64,000 nucleotides of DNA, from assembly GCA_964556895.1 (NCBI GenBank), contig CAZKYC010000001.1, positions 29,371-93,370 on the forward strand. The letters run 5' to 3'. The notes beneath the pieces are model-generated. The model made no database searches and had not been told where the DNA came from. It worked only from the letters and a program-made list of their open reading frames with translations. Position 1 is the first letter of the stretch; every line of letters starts with the position of its first letter. The stretch comes from an uncultured bacterium. GTDB taxonomy: Bacteria; Hinthialibacterota; Hinthialibacteria; Hinthialibacterales; Hinthialibacteraceae. Shown here piece after piece: positions 54,484 to 64,000 of the stretch. The position numbers were made by a program, and so were the translations under genes.

Positions 54484-54900
54484 AATCCAGAAACCATGTC
54501 AAAACACAGCAACCTAATATCGGCTTGGGTGCAACTCTGGAAGCGCCTGTGCAAAAGGGCCTGAAAGCCCGCACTGAAGCGAGCAGAGATGTACCCAAGC
54601 CAGACACAGCAAAATCTCAATTCAATATACGGAAAAAACCTAAAATGAATGACCCCGCCCCAAAGGGCGAGGAATTAAACCCGAATTAGATAAAATCCAG
54701 AAACCATGTCAAAAACACAGCAACCTAATATCGGCTTGGGTGCAACTCTGTGAGCGCCTGTGCAAAAGGGCCTGAAAGCCCGCACTGAAGCGAGCAGAGT
54801 TGTACCCAAGCCAAATACAACGATAAAAAAATCATCCTTGAGATCGTGTCTGGAAATTTTAATTCAATTTGAGAGAACGTATCCAAATCCCGGATGAGCC
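54484..54900 (-). mobile_element. MITE-like repeat family 1, tandem pair. D1 is a partial copy with its core at 54527-54596. D2 has its core at 54738-54807 plus the full left arm. Both are in reverse orientation.
   Basis: The block aaaatccagaaaccatgtcaaaa(a)cacagcaacctaatatcggcttgggtgcaactctg occurs twice, 208 bp apart. The left arm at 54808-54900 matches the left arm of copy 1a at about 90%. The right arm belongs to a different subtype (aagccgatattaggttgctgtgtttttgacatgg...). Confidence 0.7.
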
Positions 54901-54928
54901 TTTTTTTTGCAAAAATCTATAAACCGAG

Positions 54929-55483
54929 TTAGATGGTGGGTTTCCAGATCACTTCTGGGGTTTCATCAACGGCGTTTTGATAGCGCGCCATGACAAACAA
55001 CAGGTCAGAAAGCCGATTGAGATACTGCAATAATGTATCACTAACCGGCTCGCTGTGGCGTAACGTAACGACCCGACGTTCAGCACGGCGGCAAACCGAA
55101 CGCCCCATGTGAAGGTAAGATGCCGGCCTTGATCCGCCCGGCAGAATGAACTGACGCAGCGGCTCAAGACAGGCTTCGTAATGGTCGATCCAGCCTTCAA
55201 GCTCAACAACATGGGCATCCTGGATGCGCGGCACGACCATCTTGCTTTTCTCATCGGGCGGACAGGCTAAATCCGCCCCCAGGTCGAACAGCGTCGACTG
55301 AACCTTCAGAATAGCGGGTTGAAGCGGCTCAGACACACCATGGGCGACAGCCAGACCCAGCAGCGAGTTGAGTTCGTCTACCTCGCCATAAGCCTCTACC
55401 CGCAACGCGTCTTTATTGATGCGGCGCCCGGTAGCCAGGCAGGTGACGCCGTCATCTCCAGTCTTCGTATAAATTTTGACCAT
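54929..55483 (-). CDS. PduO-type ATP:cob(I)alamin adenosyltransferase.
   Basis: MVKIYTKTGDDGVTCLATGRRINKDALRVEAYGEVDELNSLLGLA is the hallmark PduO/MMAB N-terminus. 184 aa. Confidence 0.85.
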   Translation of the reverse strand: MVKIYTKTGDDGVTCLATGRRINKDALRVEAYGEVDELNSLLGLAVAHGVSEPLQPAILKVQSTLFDLGADLACPPDEKSKMVVPRIQDAHVVELEGWIDHYEACLEPLRQFILPGGSRPASYLHMGRSVCRRAERRVVTLRHSEPVSDTLLQYLNRLSDLLFVMARYQNAVDETPEVIWKPTI

Positions 55484-55643
55484 TTATCGCACCTTATTTC
55501 ATTTGTTCCTAACTGTACCCAAATGTAATGGGCAAACAACAAGAATACAATAGCGCATTTGTTGAAATTCCCAGCCGATAACCCGTTCAATATGCGCCTG
55601 AGTTTCTATCAAAGAGAAGAATTGTACTTTTGTGGAGGTTCCC

Positions 55644-56333
55644 ATGAAACAGGGTTTCGTATTCGCGTCTATTCTTGGGCTTCAGCTAGCCGCCCAGGCT
55701 CAAGTTATTGAAATTCGATATCAAGAGAGTGGATTGACTGAGTATCACGACGTCCAGATTTATAAATGGGACACAGACGAAAGCGACGGGGCGTCAGGCG
55801 TGGTAGAATATAATGAGAACCACATGCTTCTCAAATTTGGCGGAGTAGAAGTCCCAGCAGGGCTATATGACTTAGATTTACAGATCAAGTTGTCTTCCGT
55901 ATCCACTCCAGGCGACATGAGAGTCTATTTTTTAACGGATTATGATTGGGCCGACCCGGGGACCCAGTTAAACCCGCCTTCTGCGTCGAGTCTAAACCCA
56001 ACCTGGTCACATATCAATTATAACAGCCGCGCCTGGTCGACGCCTGGTGCGGTGGGCGGCGCCGAAGCTAACCAATTGATGGACTCAAAAACGATCTCAA
56101 CCGCAGGCGTCCACATCTTTGATGGGACCTCTGTGAGCATGACCAGCCAGGCCGATTTTGCGTTCGCCATTACCATGCAGACCAGCGCAGTGATGTACAC
56201 CAAAGAGAGCGCTCCTACCAACACCTACCTGCCGACGCTTCGCTTCACGTTAATTGAGTCATATGAAGCGGCGCCCCGCTTTGGCGGATTGGATTGGAAC
56301 GGTTTCTTTTACCCGTTCCATCTCATGCGGTAA
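55644..56333 (+). CDS. Secreted hypothetical protein.
   Basis: Signal peptide MKQGFVFASILGLQLAAQAQ. A beta-rich mature part with no recognised domain. Confidence 0.5.
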   Translation: MKQGFVFASILGLQLAAQAQVIEIRYQESGLTEYHDVQIYKWDTDESDGASGVVEYNENHMLLKFGGVEVPAGLYDLDLQIKLSSVSTPGDMRVYFLTDYDWADPGTQLNPPSASSLNPTWSHINYNSRAWSTPGAVGGAEANQLMDSKTISTAGVHIFDGTSVSMTSQADFAFAITMQTSAVMYTKESAPTNTYLPTLRFTLIESYEAAPRFGGLDWNGFFYPFHLMR

Positions 56334-56443
56334 GCCGTTTTATCAGAGTGAACCGTTCACAGCGGCCATGTTGCTTTCAACACTGATTCGAGTATCATCA
56401 TATTCGTTTGTTTGGTTGAAATTCACCGAAAGAGCTTTCATTC

Positions 56444-57385
56444 ATGACGCGTTTTTTGGTCTCTGGCGGCGCAGGGTTTATCGGCTCTCATATTGTTGAA
56501 CGGTTGTTGAACGACGGCCACGACGTCACCGTTATTGACGACCTCAGCACGGGGCGCATCGAAAATGCGAATGAGTTTGAAGGGCGCGTCGATTTTCACA
56601 AGATCGACCTGAGAAACCTCGACGATGTGCAACGCGCAACCGAAGGCGTTGACCACATCTTTCACCAAGCGGCGCTGCCGTCTGTTCCACGTTCAATCGA
56701 GAACCCTCTCGAAAGCCATCATGTCAACGTCACCGGAACCGTCAACCTGCTCATCGCCGCCAAAGAAGCGGCCGTGAAGCGGTTTGTTTACGCCGCCTCG
56801 TCTTCAGCCTATGGCGACGCTGAAATCGACTATAAACATGAAGAAATAAACCCGGCCCCGCTGTCGCCCTATGGCGCCGCGAAACTGTCAGGCGAGCTTT
56901 ATTGCCAGGCGTTTTATCATTCGTATGGGCTTGAGACTGTTTGCTTACGCTATTTCAACGTGTTTGGCCCGCGCCAAAACCCGTTTTCGGCGTATACGGG
57001 CGTGTTGGCGATCTTCATTCCACTCATGCTCAAAGGCAAACAGCCCACCATCTACGGCGACGGATCCGCGTCACGCGATTTTACCTTTGTGAAAAACAAC
57101 GTCGAAGCCAACCTGTTAGCCATTGAGGCCAAAGACGCGCCCGGCGAAGTGATCAACATCGCCTGCGGCAGGCAATACACCATTCTCGAAATCGTTGACG
57201 CGATCAACCAAATTTTAGGAACAACCATCAAGCCCAAATTTGAAGCGCCCCGCGCCGGCGACATCAAACACTCGCTCGCCTCCATTGAGAAAGCCAAAAC
57301 TGTATTAAATTACGACCCCGCGATCCGTTTTGAAGACGGCCTGCGCACGACCATCGACTGGTACCGCAAGGAACTGGGGCTTTAA
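56444..57385 (+). CDS. NAD-dependent epimerase/dehydratase (UDP-sugar 4-epimerase-like extended SDR).
   Basis: GGAGFIGSH, the YxxxK catalytic pair (YGAAKL) and the typical extended-SDR length of 313 aa. Confidence 0.85.
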   Translation: MTRFLVSGGAGFIGSHIVERLLNDGHDVTVIDDLSTGRIENANEFEGRVDFHKIDLRNLDDVQRATEGVDHIFHQAALPSVPRSIENPLESHHVNVTGTVNLLIAAKEAAVKRFVYAASSSAYGDAEIDYKHEEINPAPLSPYGAAKLSGELYCQAFYHSYGLETVCLRYFNVFGPRQNPFSAYTGVLAIFIPLMLKGKQPTIYGDGSASRDFTFVKNNVEANLLAIEAKDAPGEVINIACGRQYTILEIVDAINQILGTTIKPKFEAPRAGDIKHSLASIEKAKTVLNYDPAIRFEDGLRTTIDWYRKELGL

Positions 57386-59106
57386 GACGTCTTGGTTTTC
57401 TTCCAGTTCAAATACTGTTTATAGGTCATGGTGTTAATGACATCGCCTGGCGCCAGCCCGCCGCGGCGCGCCATTTTGACGCCCAGTTCCAGGTGATCAA
57501 AATGGCCCACCGTATGAGTGTCGGTATTGATCGAAAACTGAACGCCGTGCGCCTTGGCCTGGCGGATATGCGCATCATTGAGGTCGAGGCGAGTTGGGTA
57601 ACAGTTGATCTCCATCACTGTGTTGGTTTCAGCGGCCTTGGCGAAGACCGCTTCAGCGTCAAATTCAATTGGCGGGCGCCTGCCGATCAGGCGCCCGGTC
57701 GGATGGGCGATAATGTCAACGTATGGGTTTTCAATCGCCTTGAGAATTCGGGCGGTCATCTTGTCTTTGGGCTGTTCAAGCGCGGTATGGACTGACGCGA
57801 TTACGATGTCTAGCTCGCTCAACAGTTCATCGTCATAATCCAGACGCCCATCAGAACGAATATCGACTTCGGCGCCAGCCAAGACCACAATGCCCTTGGT
57901 TTTCTCATTGTATTCGCGCACCCGTTCGATCTGTTGTTTGAGTTGATCGTTCGACAAACCGCCGGCGACGCCCAGCGAGGCCGAGTGGTCTGTGACCGCG
58001 ATGTAGAAATACCCCCGTTGTTTGGCTTGGCTGGCGAGTTCTTTCAACGACATGGCGCCGTCGCTGTCGGTGGTGTGGTTGTGCAGCGCCGACCGAATGT
58101 GCTTGGCCTCGATCAATTCAGGCAGGGCGCCTTCTTCGGCCAAGCTGATTTCGTCGCGGCCTTCACGCAATTCAGGCGCAACCCACGCCAGCCCCAACGA
58201 CTGATAGACATCGTCTTCGGTCTCGCCCGCGACGCGTTTTTCAGATTCGGTTTCGAACACGCCGTATTCGTTTACTTTCAGTTGTTTCTTCACAGCCCGC
58301 TCGCGCAGTTTGACATTGTGTTCTTTGGAGCCGGTGAAGTATTGCAGCGCCGCACCGAACGCCTGTTGTTCAACCACGCGAAGATCAACTTGAAGGCCGT
58401 TGTCTAATACGATGCTTGACTTGGTCTCGCCTTTGGCCAACACATCGCGAACCTCAGGGGTTGAAAGAAACTCATCCATTACCGCCGAAGCGTTTTTGGC
58501 GGACACCAATAGATCAACATCGCCGACGGTCTCGCGGCCCCGCCTGAGGCTGCCCGCGATGTCAGCCTGGACGACCCCCTTCACCGCTTTGACCCGCTCA
58601 AGAATTTCACGGGCGATGGGCGCGGCGACGCCCAGGTCATAGCGCCCGCTGGATTGCTCAAGGTTGGCGATGCCTTTCAGAATCTTCTCTTCGCTTTTCT
58701 TGCCCATCGTGGGCAGCGACTGCAACTTGCCCGCTTTAGCGGCTTGTTTGAGATCATCAATCGACGACACGCCCAACTCTTCATAGACCAATTTGACCGT
58801 CTTCGGCCCCATGCCGTTTACCTTGAGCAGGCCAAGAATGCCGTCAGGAAACTCGCTTTTCAGCGTTTCATGGGCGCTGACTTTTCCGGTCTCGATAAAC
58901 TCAGCGGTTTTTTCGACAATCGCCTTACCGAAACCGTCGATGGTTTTCAATTCGTCGCGTTCATACAAGTCGCGCAACGGCTGGCCCAGATCGCCAATCG
59001 TGCGCACGGCGTTTTGATAAGCGCGTATCTTAAATGGATTTTCGCCTTTCATTTGCAACAGGCTGGCCATTTCATCAAAGACTTGCGCGATTTGTTTGTT
59101 TTCCAT
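57382..59106 (-). CDS. polX: Family X DNA polymerase with a C-terminal PHP phosphoesterase domain (PolX).
   Basis: N-terminal Pol-beta-like 8-kDa, fingers and palm region (IAQVFDEMASLLQMKGENPFKIRAYQNA...GSLRRGRETVGDVDLLV). C-terminal PHP (LHNHTTDSDGA...VTDHS). Start taken at MENKQ. Confidence 0.85.
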   Translation of the reverse strand: MENKQIAQVFDEMASLLQMKGENPFKIRAYQNAVRTIGDLGQPLRDLYERDELKTIDGFGKAIVEKTAEFIETGKVSAHETLKSEFPDGILGLLKVNGMGPKTVKLVYEELGVSSIDDLKQAAKAGKLQSLPTMGKKSEEKILKGIANLEQSSGRYDLGVAAPIAREILERVKAVKGVVQADIAGSLRRGRETVGDVDLLVSAKNASAVMDEFLSTPEVRDVLAKGETKSSIVLDNGLQVDLRVVEQQAFGAALQYFTGSKEHNVKLRERAVKKQLKVNEYGVFETESEKRVAGETEDDVYQSLGLAWVAPELREGRDEISLAEEGALPELIEAKHIRSALHNHTTDSDGAMSLKELASQAKQRGYFYIAVTDHSASLGVAGGLSNDQLKQQIERVREYNEKTKGIVVLAGAEVDIRSDGRLDYDDELLSELDIVIASVHTALEQPKDKMTARILKAIENPYVDIIAHPTGRLIGRRPPIEFDAEAVFAKAAETNTVMEINCYPTRLDLNDAHIRQAKAHGVQFSINTDTHTVGHFDHLELGVKMARRGGLAPGDVINTMTYKQYLNWKKTKTS

Positions 59107-59279
59107 TGAGTCGCCCTTTCGTGTACGCAACTATTGTAAGCGGGTATGGCTTTGTGAGAACGGCGCCTAGGCCTGAATTGGCTGGAGTAAACCGACAGGA
59201 TGTGATACCCTCTATACCTTTGAGATGGCTTTTTGTGAATCGCCGAATGGTTTACAGAGCGCCCTGCCCAAAACACATT

Positions 59280-60584
59280 ATGAAATCATTTCAGACCAAA
59301 CCTCGCATCGCGTTCGTTGACCTGACCTTCAACTGGCCCCCAGTGGGCGGCTGTTGGATTGACCTGCATCATGTCATGCAGGGGCTACAGGCGCGCGGCG
59401 CTGAGGTATCGCTATTTACGCCTGACTTTTCGACGTATTACCCCAGAGGGCAAGTCAAACAGACAATGCCCTACCCGGTGGTTGGCATTCCTTTCAACCG
59501 GTATACCTACAACTACGCGACGGTGATGAAGCGCTTTCGCCACTGCGTCGAGAATTTCCAACCCGACCTGGTTGTCATTGGCGACGGCTATCACATGAAA
59601 AACCACCTCATGACCGCCTTGGGGCCTCAGCGCTGTTGGCTGCGGTTTTATGCGTATGAGATGCTTTGCATCAACCTTCACTACTACCGCTATCATGAAG
59701 GCCGGGTATGCGACCAGGGCTATTTTGACAACCCGCGCGAATGCCACCGCTGTTGGTTTCGCCGCATGCCCGCGGTTGGGCGCGCCGCCCAAATCGCCGT
59801 CGGCTGGCCCGAACGCCACCCCAACCTGCATTTCTCACACGAATACATCGCCAGCCTGGCGTTCACCGAAGGCTATCGCCGGCGCCTGATCGAAAATTTC
59901 TCACAACTGGCGGGCGCCATCGTCTACAACCCCTTCATCCAATCAAAACTCGAGCCCTACATTGAGACCATTCACAGGGTCCCATCGGGCGTTGATCCAA
60001 ACCAGTTCACACCGCCAGACAAAGCCCCCAAGAATGATGGAATCAAACTGTTCTTACCGGGCCGCGCCAATGATCCATTAAAAGGGCTGGAGGTCTTAAT
60101 CAAAGCCTGTGACTTATTGCATGAAGAAGGCGTCTGGTTTGAGGTGCATTACACCGCCGCGATGGACTGTCCATCGAAGCGGTCGTGGCTGTTTAACCGC
60201 GGCTGGACCGGGCCTGACCAGCTGCCTCAACTCTATCACGAGATGGATGTCGTGGTCGCGCCCTCAACCTGGATCGAGCCGTTTGGCATCACCGCGCTCG
60301 AAGGCATGGCGTCGGGCCTGCCCGTGGTGGCCAGCAACGCGGGCGGCTTCGCCCAGACCGTCGTCCACACAGTGACCGGAAAACACTTCGAACCCGGCGA
60401 CCCGCGCAGTTTGGCGAACGCGCTGCGCCCCTTAATCGCTGACCAGGAGTTGCGCCAACAGCTGGGCCGCAACGGGCGCGAGCGCGTCATGCAGCATTAC
60501 GCCTGGCAGCGCATTCTCGACGACCGCTACGTCCCCATGGTCGAGGCGTTTCTTGACACCAACCCAAAGGCGCCGGCGCCATGA
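59280..60584 (+). CDS. GT4-family (GT-B) glycosyltransferase.
   Basis: The C-terminal VVAPSTWIEPFGITALEGMASGLPVVASNAGG...TG is the GT4 EX7E-type motif. The start is ambiguous: the ORF stays open from 59034, and an internal Met at 59280 (MKSFQTKPRIAFVD) is plausible. Confidence 0.7.
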   Translation: MKSFQTKPRIAFVDLTFNWPPVGGCWIDLHHVMQGLQARGAEVSLFTPDFSTYYPRGQVKQTMPYPVVGIPFNRYTYNYATVMKRFRHCVENFQPDLVVIGDGYHMKNHLMTALGPQRCWLRFYAYEMLCINLHYYRYHEGRVCDQGYFDNPRECHRCWFRRMPAVGRAAQIAVGWPERHPNLHFSHEYIASLAFTEGYRRRLIENFSQLAGAIVYNPFIQSKLEPYIETIHRVPSGVDPNQFTPPDKAPKNDGIKLFLPGRANDPLKGLEVLIKACDLLHEEGVWFEVHYTAAMDCPSKRSWLFNRGWTGPDQLPQLYHEMDVVVAPSTWIEPFGITALEGMASGLPVVASNAGGFAQTVVHTVTGKHFEPGDPRSLANALRPLIADQELRQQLGRNGRERVMQHYAWQRILDDRYVPMVEAFLDTNPKAPAP

Positions 60585-61894
60585 ACAGACTGTGGTATTG
60601 GGGCCCCATCATGTACGCCGGTTACGCGCTGGCGGCGCCCATCTTCGCCGCGCGCATGGCGACATCTGACAAATACCGCATCGGCTTGTCACAGCGCCTG
60701 ACGCTTTACCCCAGCGAACTGCAGGAAAAACTGCGGCGCAAACCCAACATCTGGCTTCATGCGGTTTCGGTGGGAGAACTACAGGCGGCCAAGGGCGTGC
60801 TTTCATCATTACGAAACGCATTTCCAAACACTCAACTCGCGGTCAGCACGGTCACCAACACCGGACAAAGCCTGGCCCGCCAACTCGAAGCAATCGACGC
60901 GCCGTTTTATCTGCCGCTTGACCTTTACCCGCTCTGCAGGCGGGCGCTCCAAATGACGAAACCTGCCGCGCTCATCATTATGGAAACCGAACTGTGGCCC
61001 AACTTGATTCGCGCGGCGTCAGATGAAGGCGTGCCTATTTTTTTGGTGAATGCGCGGCTGTCAGACAAATCGTTTGGCAACTACTACCGCGCCCGGGCGC
61101 TGTTTGGGCCGTTGCTGAACCGCTTACATGGCGTGTTGGCGCAAAGCGACGAAGACGCGCGGCGCTTCATTCAACTGGGCGCCCATCAAGAGCGGGTCAC
61201 CAGCGCGGGCAATATCAAATTTGAGATTGGCGCGCCTCAAGACAATGACCAAGAACGGCGCCATTGGCGGGCTTTGTTCCAGATTGACGATGACGAATTG
61301 CTACTGGTGGCTGGCTCGACCTTTGACGGCGAAGAGGGTCTCCTGGCCAGAACAGCCGCAGCCATTCGCAAGACTGGCGTCCCACTTCGTATTGTCATCG
61401 CGCCGCGCCACCTCGAGCGCACGGAGGCGATTGTCTCCAGCCTTGCGGCGATGAAGCCGGTGCGCCGCTCTCAGATCAATGAATCAGAACCGTTGGATTC
61501 AAACGCGCCGGTTCTGTTAGACACCATCGGCGAGTTGGGCCGGGTCTACGCCGCCGCTGACCTGGTGTTTATCGGCAAGTCGATTGGCGCCAAAGGCGGC
61601 CAAAACCCCATCGAACCCGCCGCATGGTCGAAGCCGATTGTGTTTGGCCCCAACATGCAAAACTTCCGCGATGCGGCGGCGATGCTCTTGCGCGAAGGCG
61701 GCGCCCGCCAGGTAGAAGACGAACGCCAACTCACCACCGTATTGTGTGAGTTGTGTCAGTCCGCCGATATTCGCAACACGATGGGCCAACACGCGCTGCA
61801 AGTGGTTCAAGCCAACCGGGGGGCGCTGAAACGCGCCCTGGATGTCATCACCCCAATCATTCAATCTCGGCTCAACCAGGCCAACCAACTATGA
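60581..61894 (+). CDS. waaA: 3-deoxy-D-manno-octulosonic acid (Kdo) transferase.
   Basis: IWLHAVSVGE and the GT30 family pattern through the C-terminal EPAAWSKPIVFGPNMQNF. Confidence 0.85.
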   Translation: MNRLWYWGPIMYAGYALAAPIFAARMATSDKYRIGLSQRLTLYPSELQEKLRRKPNIWLHAVSVGELQAAKGVLSSLRNAFPNTQLAVSTVTNTGQSLARQLEAIDAPFYLPLDLYPLCRRALQMTKPAALIIMETELWPNLIRAASDEGVPIFLVNARLSDKSFGNYYRARALFGPLLNRLHGVLAQSDEDARRFIQLGAHQERVTSAGNIKFEIGAPQDNDQERRHWRALFQIDDDELLLVAGSTFDGEEGLLARTAAAIRKTGVPLRIVIAPRHLERTEAIVSSLAAMKPVRRSQINESEPLDSNAPVLLDTIGELGRVYAAADLVFIGKSIGAKGGQNPIEPAAWSKPIVFGPNMQNFRDAAAMLLREGGARQVEDERQLTTVLCELCQSADIRNTMGQHALQVVQANRGALKRALDVITPIIQSRLNQANQL

Positions 61895-62970
61895 GTGGAA
61901 TGCTGCGCCGCGCCTGGATGGAACTGGCCTACCAAAACCGCGGGCCGTTGAAGCCTGCGGCCGCGCTGCTCTCGCCGCTCTCTCATCTTTACGGCGCCAT
62001 CGCGAAGCGAAAGCGCTCTGGCGCTTCTCACAAAGAGACGTGCGGTCTGCCCGTGATATCAGTAGGCAACCTCACCGTTGGCGGCTCGGGCAAGACGCCG
62101 CTGGTTCACTATCTCGCCCGAATTCTCCAAGCCCAGGGGCGCCGCCCCGGCGTGTTGTTGCGCGGCTATAAGCGCCACTCAAACCAAACCCTGGTGGTCA
62201 CTCCAGAAACGTTTGAACCCGGCCGCGTCAACGAATACGGCGACGAGGCGGCGTTGTATGTATTTCGCCACGGCCTGCCCGTCGGCGTCGCCGCCAACCG
62301 CGCCAACGCGGCCAGAATGCTTACAGCGCAAAGCGACTGCGACATCGTGTTACTCGACGACGGCTTTCAACACTACCAGTTTCACCGCGATGTTGATCTG
62401 GTCTTGCTCAATGGCGACAACCCGTTTGGCAACGGGCTGTGTCTTCCATTCGGCCCCTTGCGCGAACCCGCGGCGGCGGCGGCCCAGGCAGACGCTATCA
62501 TCGTTCGCGGCGGCGATATTGATTTGCCCATGGTTGAAGCCATGCCGCTCTTTCAAGGCGGCTTCGAGTGGTTGTCAATCACCCCTTACACCGAATGGCG
62601 CCAGCGCAACTTTGATACCGGCGCTGCTGTTCAATCGTTTGGCGCCAAGCGGGCGGCGCTGCTATCGGGCCTGGGCGACCCGGCGCGGTTTGAAACTCAA
62701 GCCCGCAACATGGGCCTAGAGATTGAAGCCCATTACGCCTTTTCTGATCATCACTGGTATTCAGCCAGCGAGATAAAAAAAATCGCCGCCAAACAGGATG
62801 TAATACTCACAACCGAAAAAGACGCCGCGCGGTTGTTGCCGCTAGACTCAAGCATGAATGAGATAATGGCGGCGATTTATGTCATTCAGGCCGAATGGCG
62901 CATGAAGGAAGACAGAAAATTTCACCAATGGCTGTTTGGCCGTCTCGAAGACGTCTGTTCGGTTGAATGA
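61891..62970 (+). CDS. lpxK: Tetraacyldisaccharide 4'-kinase.
   Basis: P-loop ISVGNLTVGGSGKTPLV and the LpxK family core. Start at the Met of MSGMLRRAW, with an ATGA overlap with waaA. The track's N-terminal extension lies inside waaA. Confidence 0.85.
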   Translation: MSGMLRRAWMELAYQNRGPLKPAAALLSPLSHLYGAIAKRKRSGASHKETCGLPVISVGNLTVGGSGKTPLVHYLARILQAQGRRPGVLLRGYKRHSNQTLVVTPETFEPGRVNEYGDEAALYVFRHGLPVGVAANRANAARMLTAQSDCDIVLLDDGFQHYQFHRDVDLVLLNGDNPFGNGLCLPFGPLREPAAAAAQADAIIVRGGDIDLPMVEAMPLFQGGFEWLSITPYTEWRQRNFDTGAAVQSFGAKRAALLSGLGDPARFETQARNMGLEIEAHYAFSDHHWYSASEIKKIAAKQDVILTTEKDAARLLPLDSSMNEIMAAIYVIQAEWRMKEDRKFHQWLFGRLEDVCSVE

Positions 62971-63025
62971 ACGGCGCCGCGTCGATAGAGTGAAAGGTTC
63001 ACTTTGATTTGAGGAGCGAAACACG

Positions 63026-64000
63026 ATGAACCAACACGCCCACTGGGACCAAAACTACCAAGCCGCCTACCAACGCGGCCTGAAGCGCATCGCCGCGCTG
63101 GAGGGTGTGTGCTGCGCCTTTCACTCAGTCATTGACGGCGTGATTCATCTCACGCCCGAACTCATCGCGCCTGTCTTAGAGTCAGACCCCGCCCTCAAAG
63201 AGGCGGCGCTAGCGGGATGCCGCGGCGAGACGCCGCTGGAGATCCAGTCGCCCGCCGACTTTATTCAAGGCATGTTTTACGGCGTCAAACGCGGCAGCGC
63301 CCTACAGCGCATGGTGCGCTCAAAAGAAACCTACGAATGGGCGCTGAAAACCTTTGGCCCCGGCGAACTCAGGCTGGGCGGCACCTCCGCCAACATGGCG
63401 CGTTCATTGGCCCCGCTTGAGATTCCGGTCACGGTATACGCCAACCCGCTGACGGTCGAGCTCGCCGAACTGTTTGGCGAGTCAGACCACATGCGCGTCA
63501 TCGCCCGAGACGGCGACGGCTATTCGCTCAAACGGCCCATCGAGGCCGCAACCGAACGCGGCGTGTTCGCCATCCATTGGATCTTTGAATATGACCCCTC
63601 GTTTGAACTCGCGCTCGACGGCGAGACCATCAAGCCCCACCGCTCAAACCGGTATATCCCCTCATGGAACCCGGCCAACAACCAATTCAAGATGGCGCCG
63701 CTGTTCGCTGAAGGCTTCAAGGCGCGGTTAGACCACTATAGCCACCTACTCTTTTCGGGCTTTCACATCTTGTCCGAAACCTATCCCGACGGGCAAACCT
63801 GTGAAGACGTGGTCAGACCGCTGGGCGACTATCTGGCTGACATTCGCGCCCAAAAACCTGAACTGAAAATTCATCTTGAAATGGCGTCGATTGCGTCGGC
63901 CCGCGTACGCCAGGCGGTGATTGATTTTGTCTTGCCCTACATTGACAGCCTGGGCCTGAACGAGACCGAACTGCCGCTACTACTCGAAAACATCGGCCAG
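63026..64000 (+). CDS. ADP-dependent sugar kinase family protein (ADP-glucokinase/phosphofructokinase-like), partial. The C-terminus runs beyond the window.
   Basis: RBS GAGGAG lies 9 nt before the ATG. The ORF is open to the window end (325 codons). GGTSANMARSLA and the NETELPLL (NEXE) motif are characteristic of ADP-dependent kinases. The ORF track omits it because it runs off the edge. Confidence 0.55.
   Translation, partial: MNQHAHWDQNYQAAYQRGLKRIAALEGVCCAFHSVIDGVIHLTPELIAPVLESDPALKEAALAGCRGETPLEIQSPADFIQGMFYGVKRGSALQRMVRSKETYEWALKTFGPGELRLGGTSANMARSLAPLEIPVTVYANPLTVELAELFGESDHMRVIARDGDGYSLKRPIEAATERGVFAIHWIFEYDPSFELALDGETIKPHRSNRYIPSWNPANNQFKMAPLFAEGFKARLDHYSHLLFSGFHILSETYPDGQTCEDVVRPLGDYLADIRAQKPELKIHLEMASIASARVRQAVIDFVLPYIDSLGLNETELPLLLENIGQ

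Noticed and set aside
54484-54900. Possible CRISPR array suggested by direct repeats.
   Set aside because: There are only two repeat units, about 208 bp apart. The repeats are about 60 bp and belong to the family-1 MITE. There are no regular short spacers and no cas genes.
61753-61890. 46-codon N-terminal extension of lpxK in the ORF track.
   Set aside because: It lies entirely within the 3' end of waaA in another frame. An ATGA stop-start overlap at 61891 gives a conventional LpxK N-terminus.

Overview
The window is a chromosomal segment with moderately high G+C content. Coding density is high and housekeeping genes dominate: trxA, lexA, hisA, plsY, der, glnA, tgt, a dGTPase, a GrpE/Hsp70-like pair, larB, a PduO-type adenosyltransferase, polX, waaA and lpxK. 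The largest feature is an 11.5 kb, single-strand type II secretion / type IV pilus-like operon at 30435-41939. It runs from the GspE ATPase through GspF, GspG, three minor pseudopilins, GspK-, GspL/PilM-, PilO- and PilP-like genes to a secretin. The secretin is unusual: its N-domain repeats and its pore domain sit in two separate ORFs, each with its own signal peptide. Elsewhere there are three more GspG-like paralogs (22551-25806), a secreted protein carrying a GspG-like C-terminal domain (51438-52796), and a DUF1573 repeat protein at the left edge. Together these suggest a Planctomycetota/PVC-type genome; that is inference, not proven. Two short stretches look compositionally foreign because they are visibly AT-rich against their flanks. 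One is a two-gene islet of unknown function wedged between the pseudopilin paralogs (about 24180-25200). The other is an islet at about 27700-29190 with a winged-helix-HNH endonuclease, a co-transcribed 70-aa ORF, and what appears to be the 5' stump of a DNA methyltransferase gene that still has its promoter and RBS. Intergenic DNA carries at least three repeat families. The most striking is a roughly 260-bp element built around a conserved 66-nt hairpin. It has at least five armed copies in both orientations, two of them flanked by 7-9 bp direct repeats that look like target-site duplications, plus two solo hairpin copies. Other points of interest are a tandem M14 carboxypeptidase and catalytically degenerate paralog pair, an Hsp70 module whose J-like partner has lost its HPD motif, and candidate LexA-box and sigma-54 sites. 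Coordinates worked out by hand may be off by 1-3 nt.
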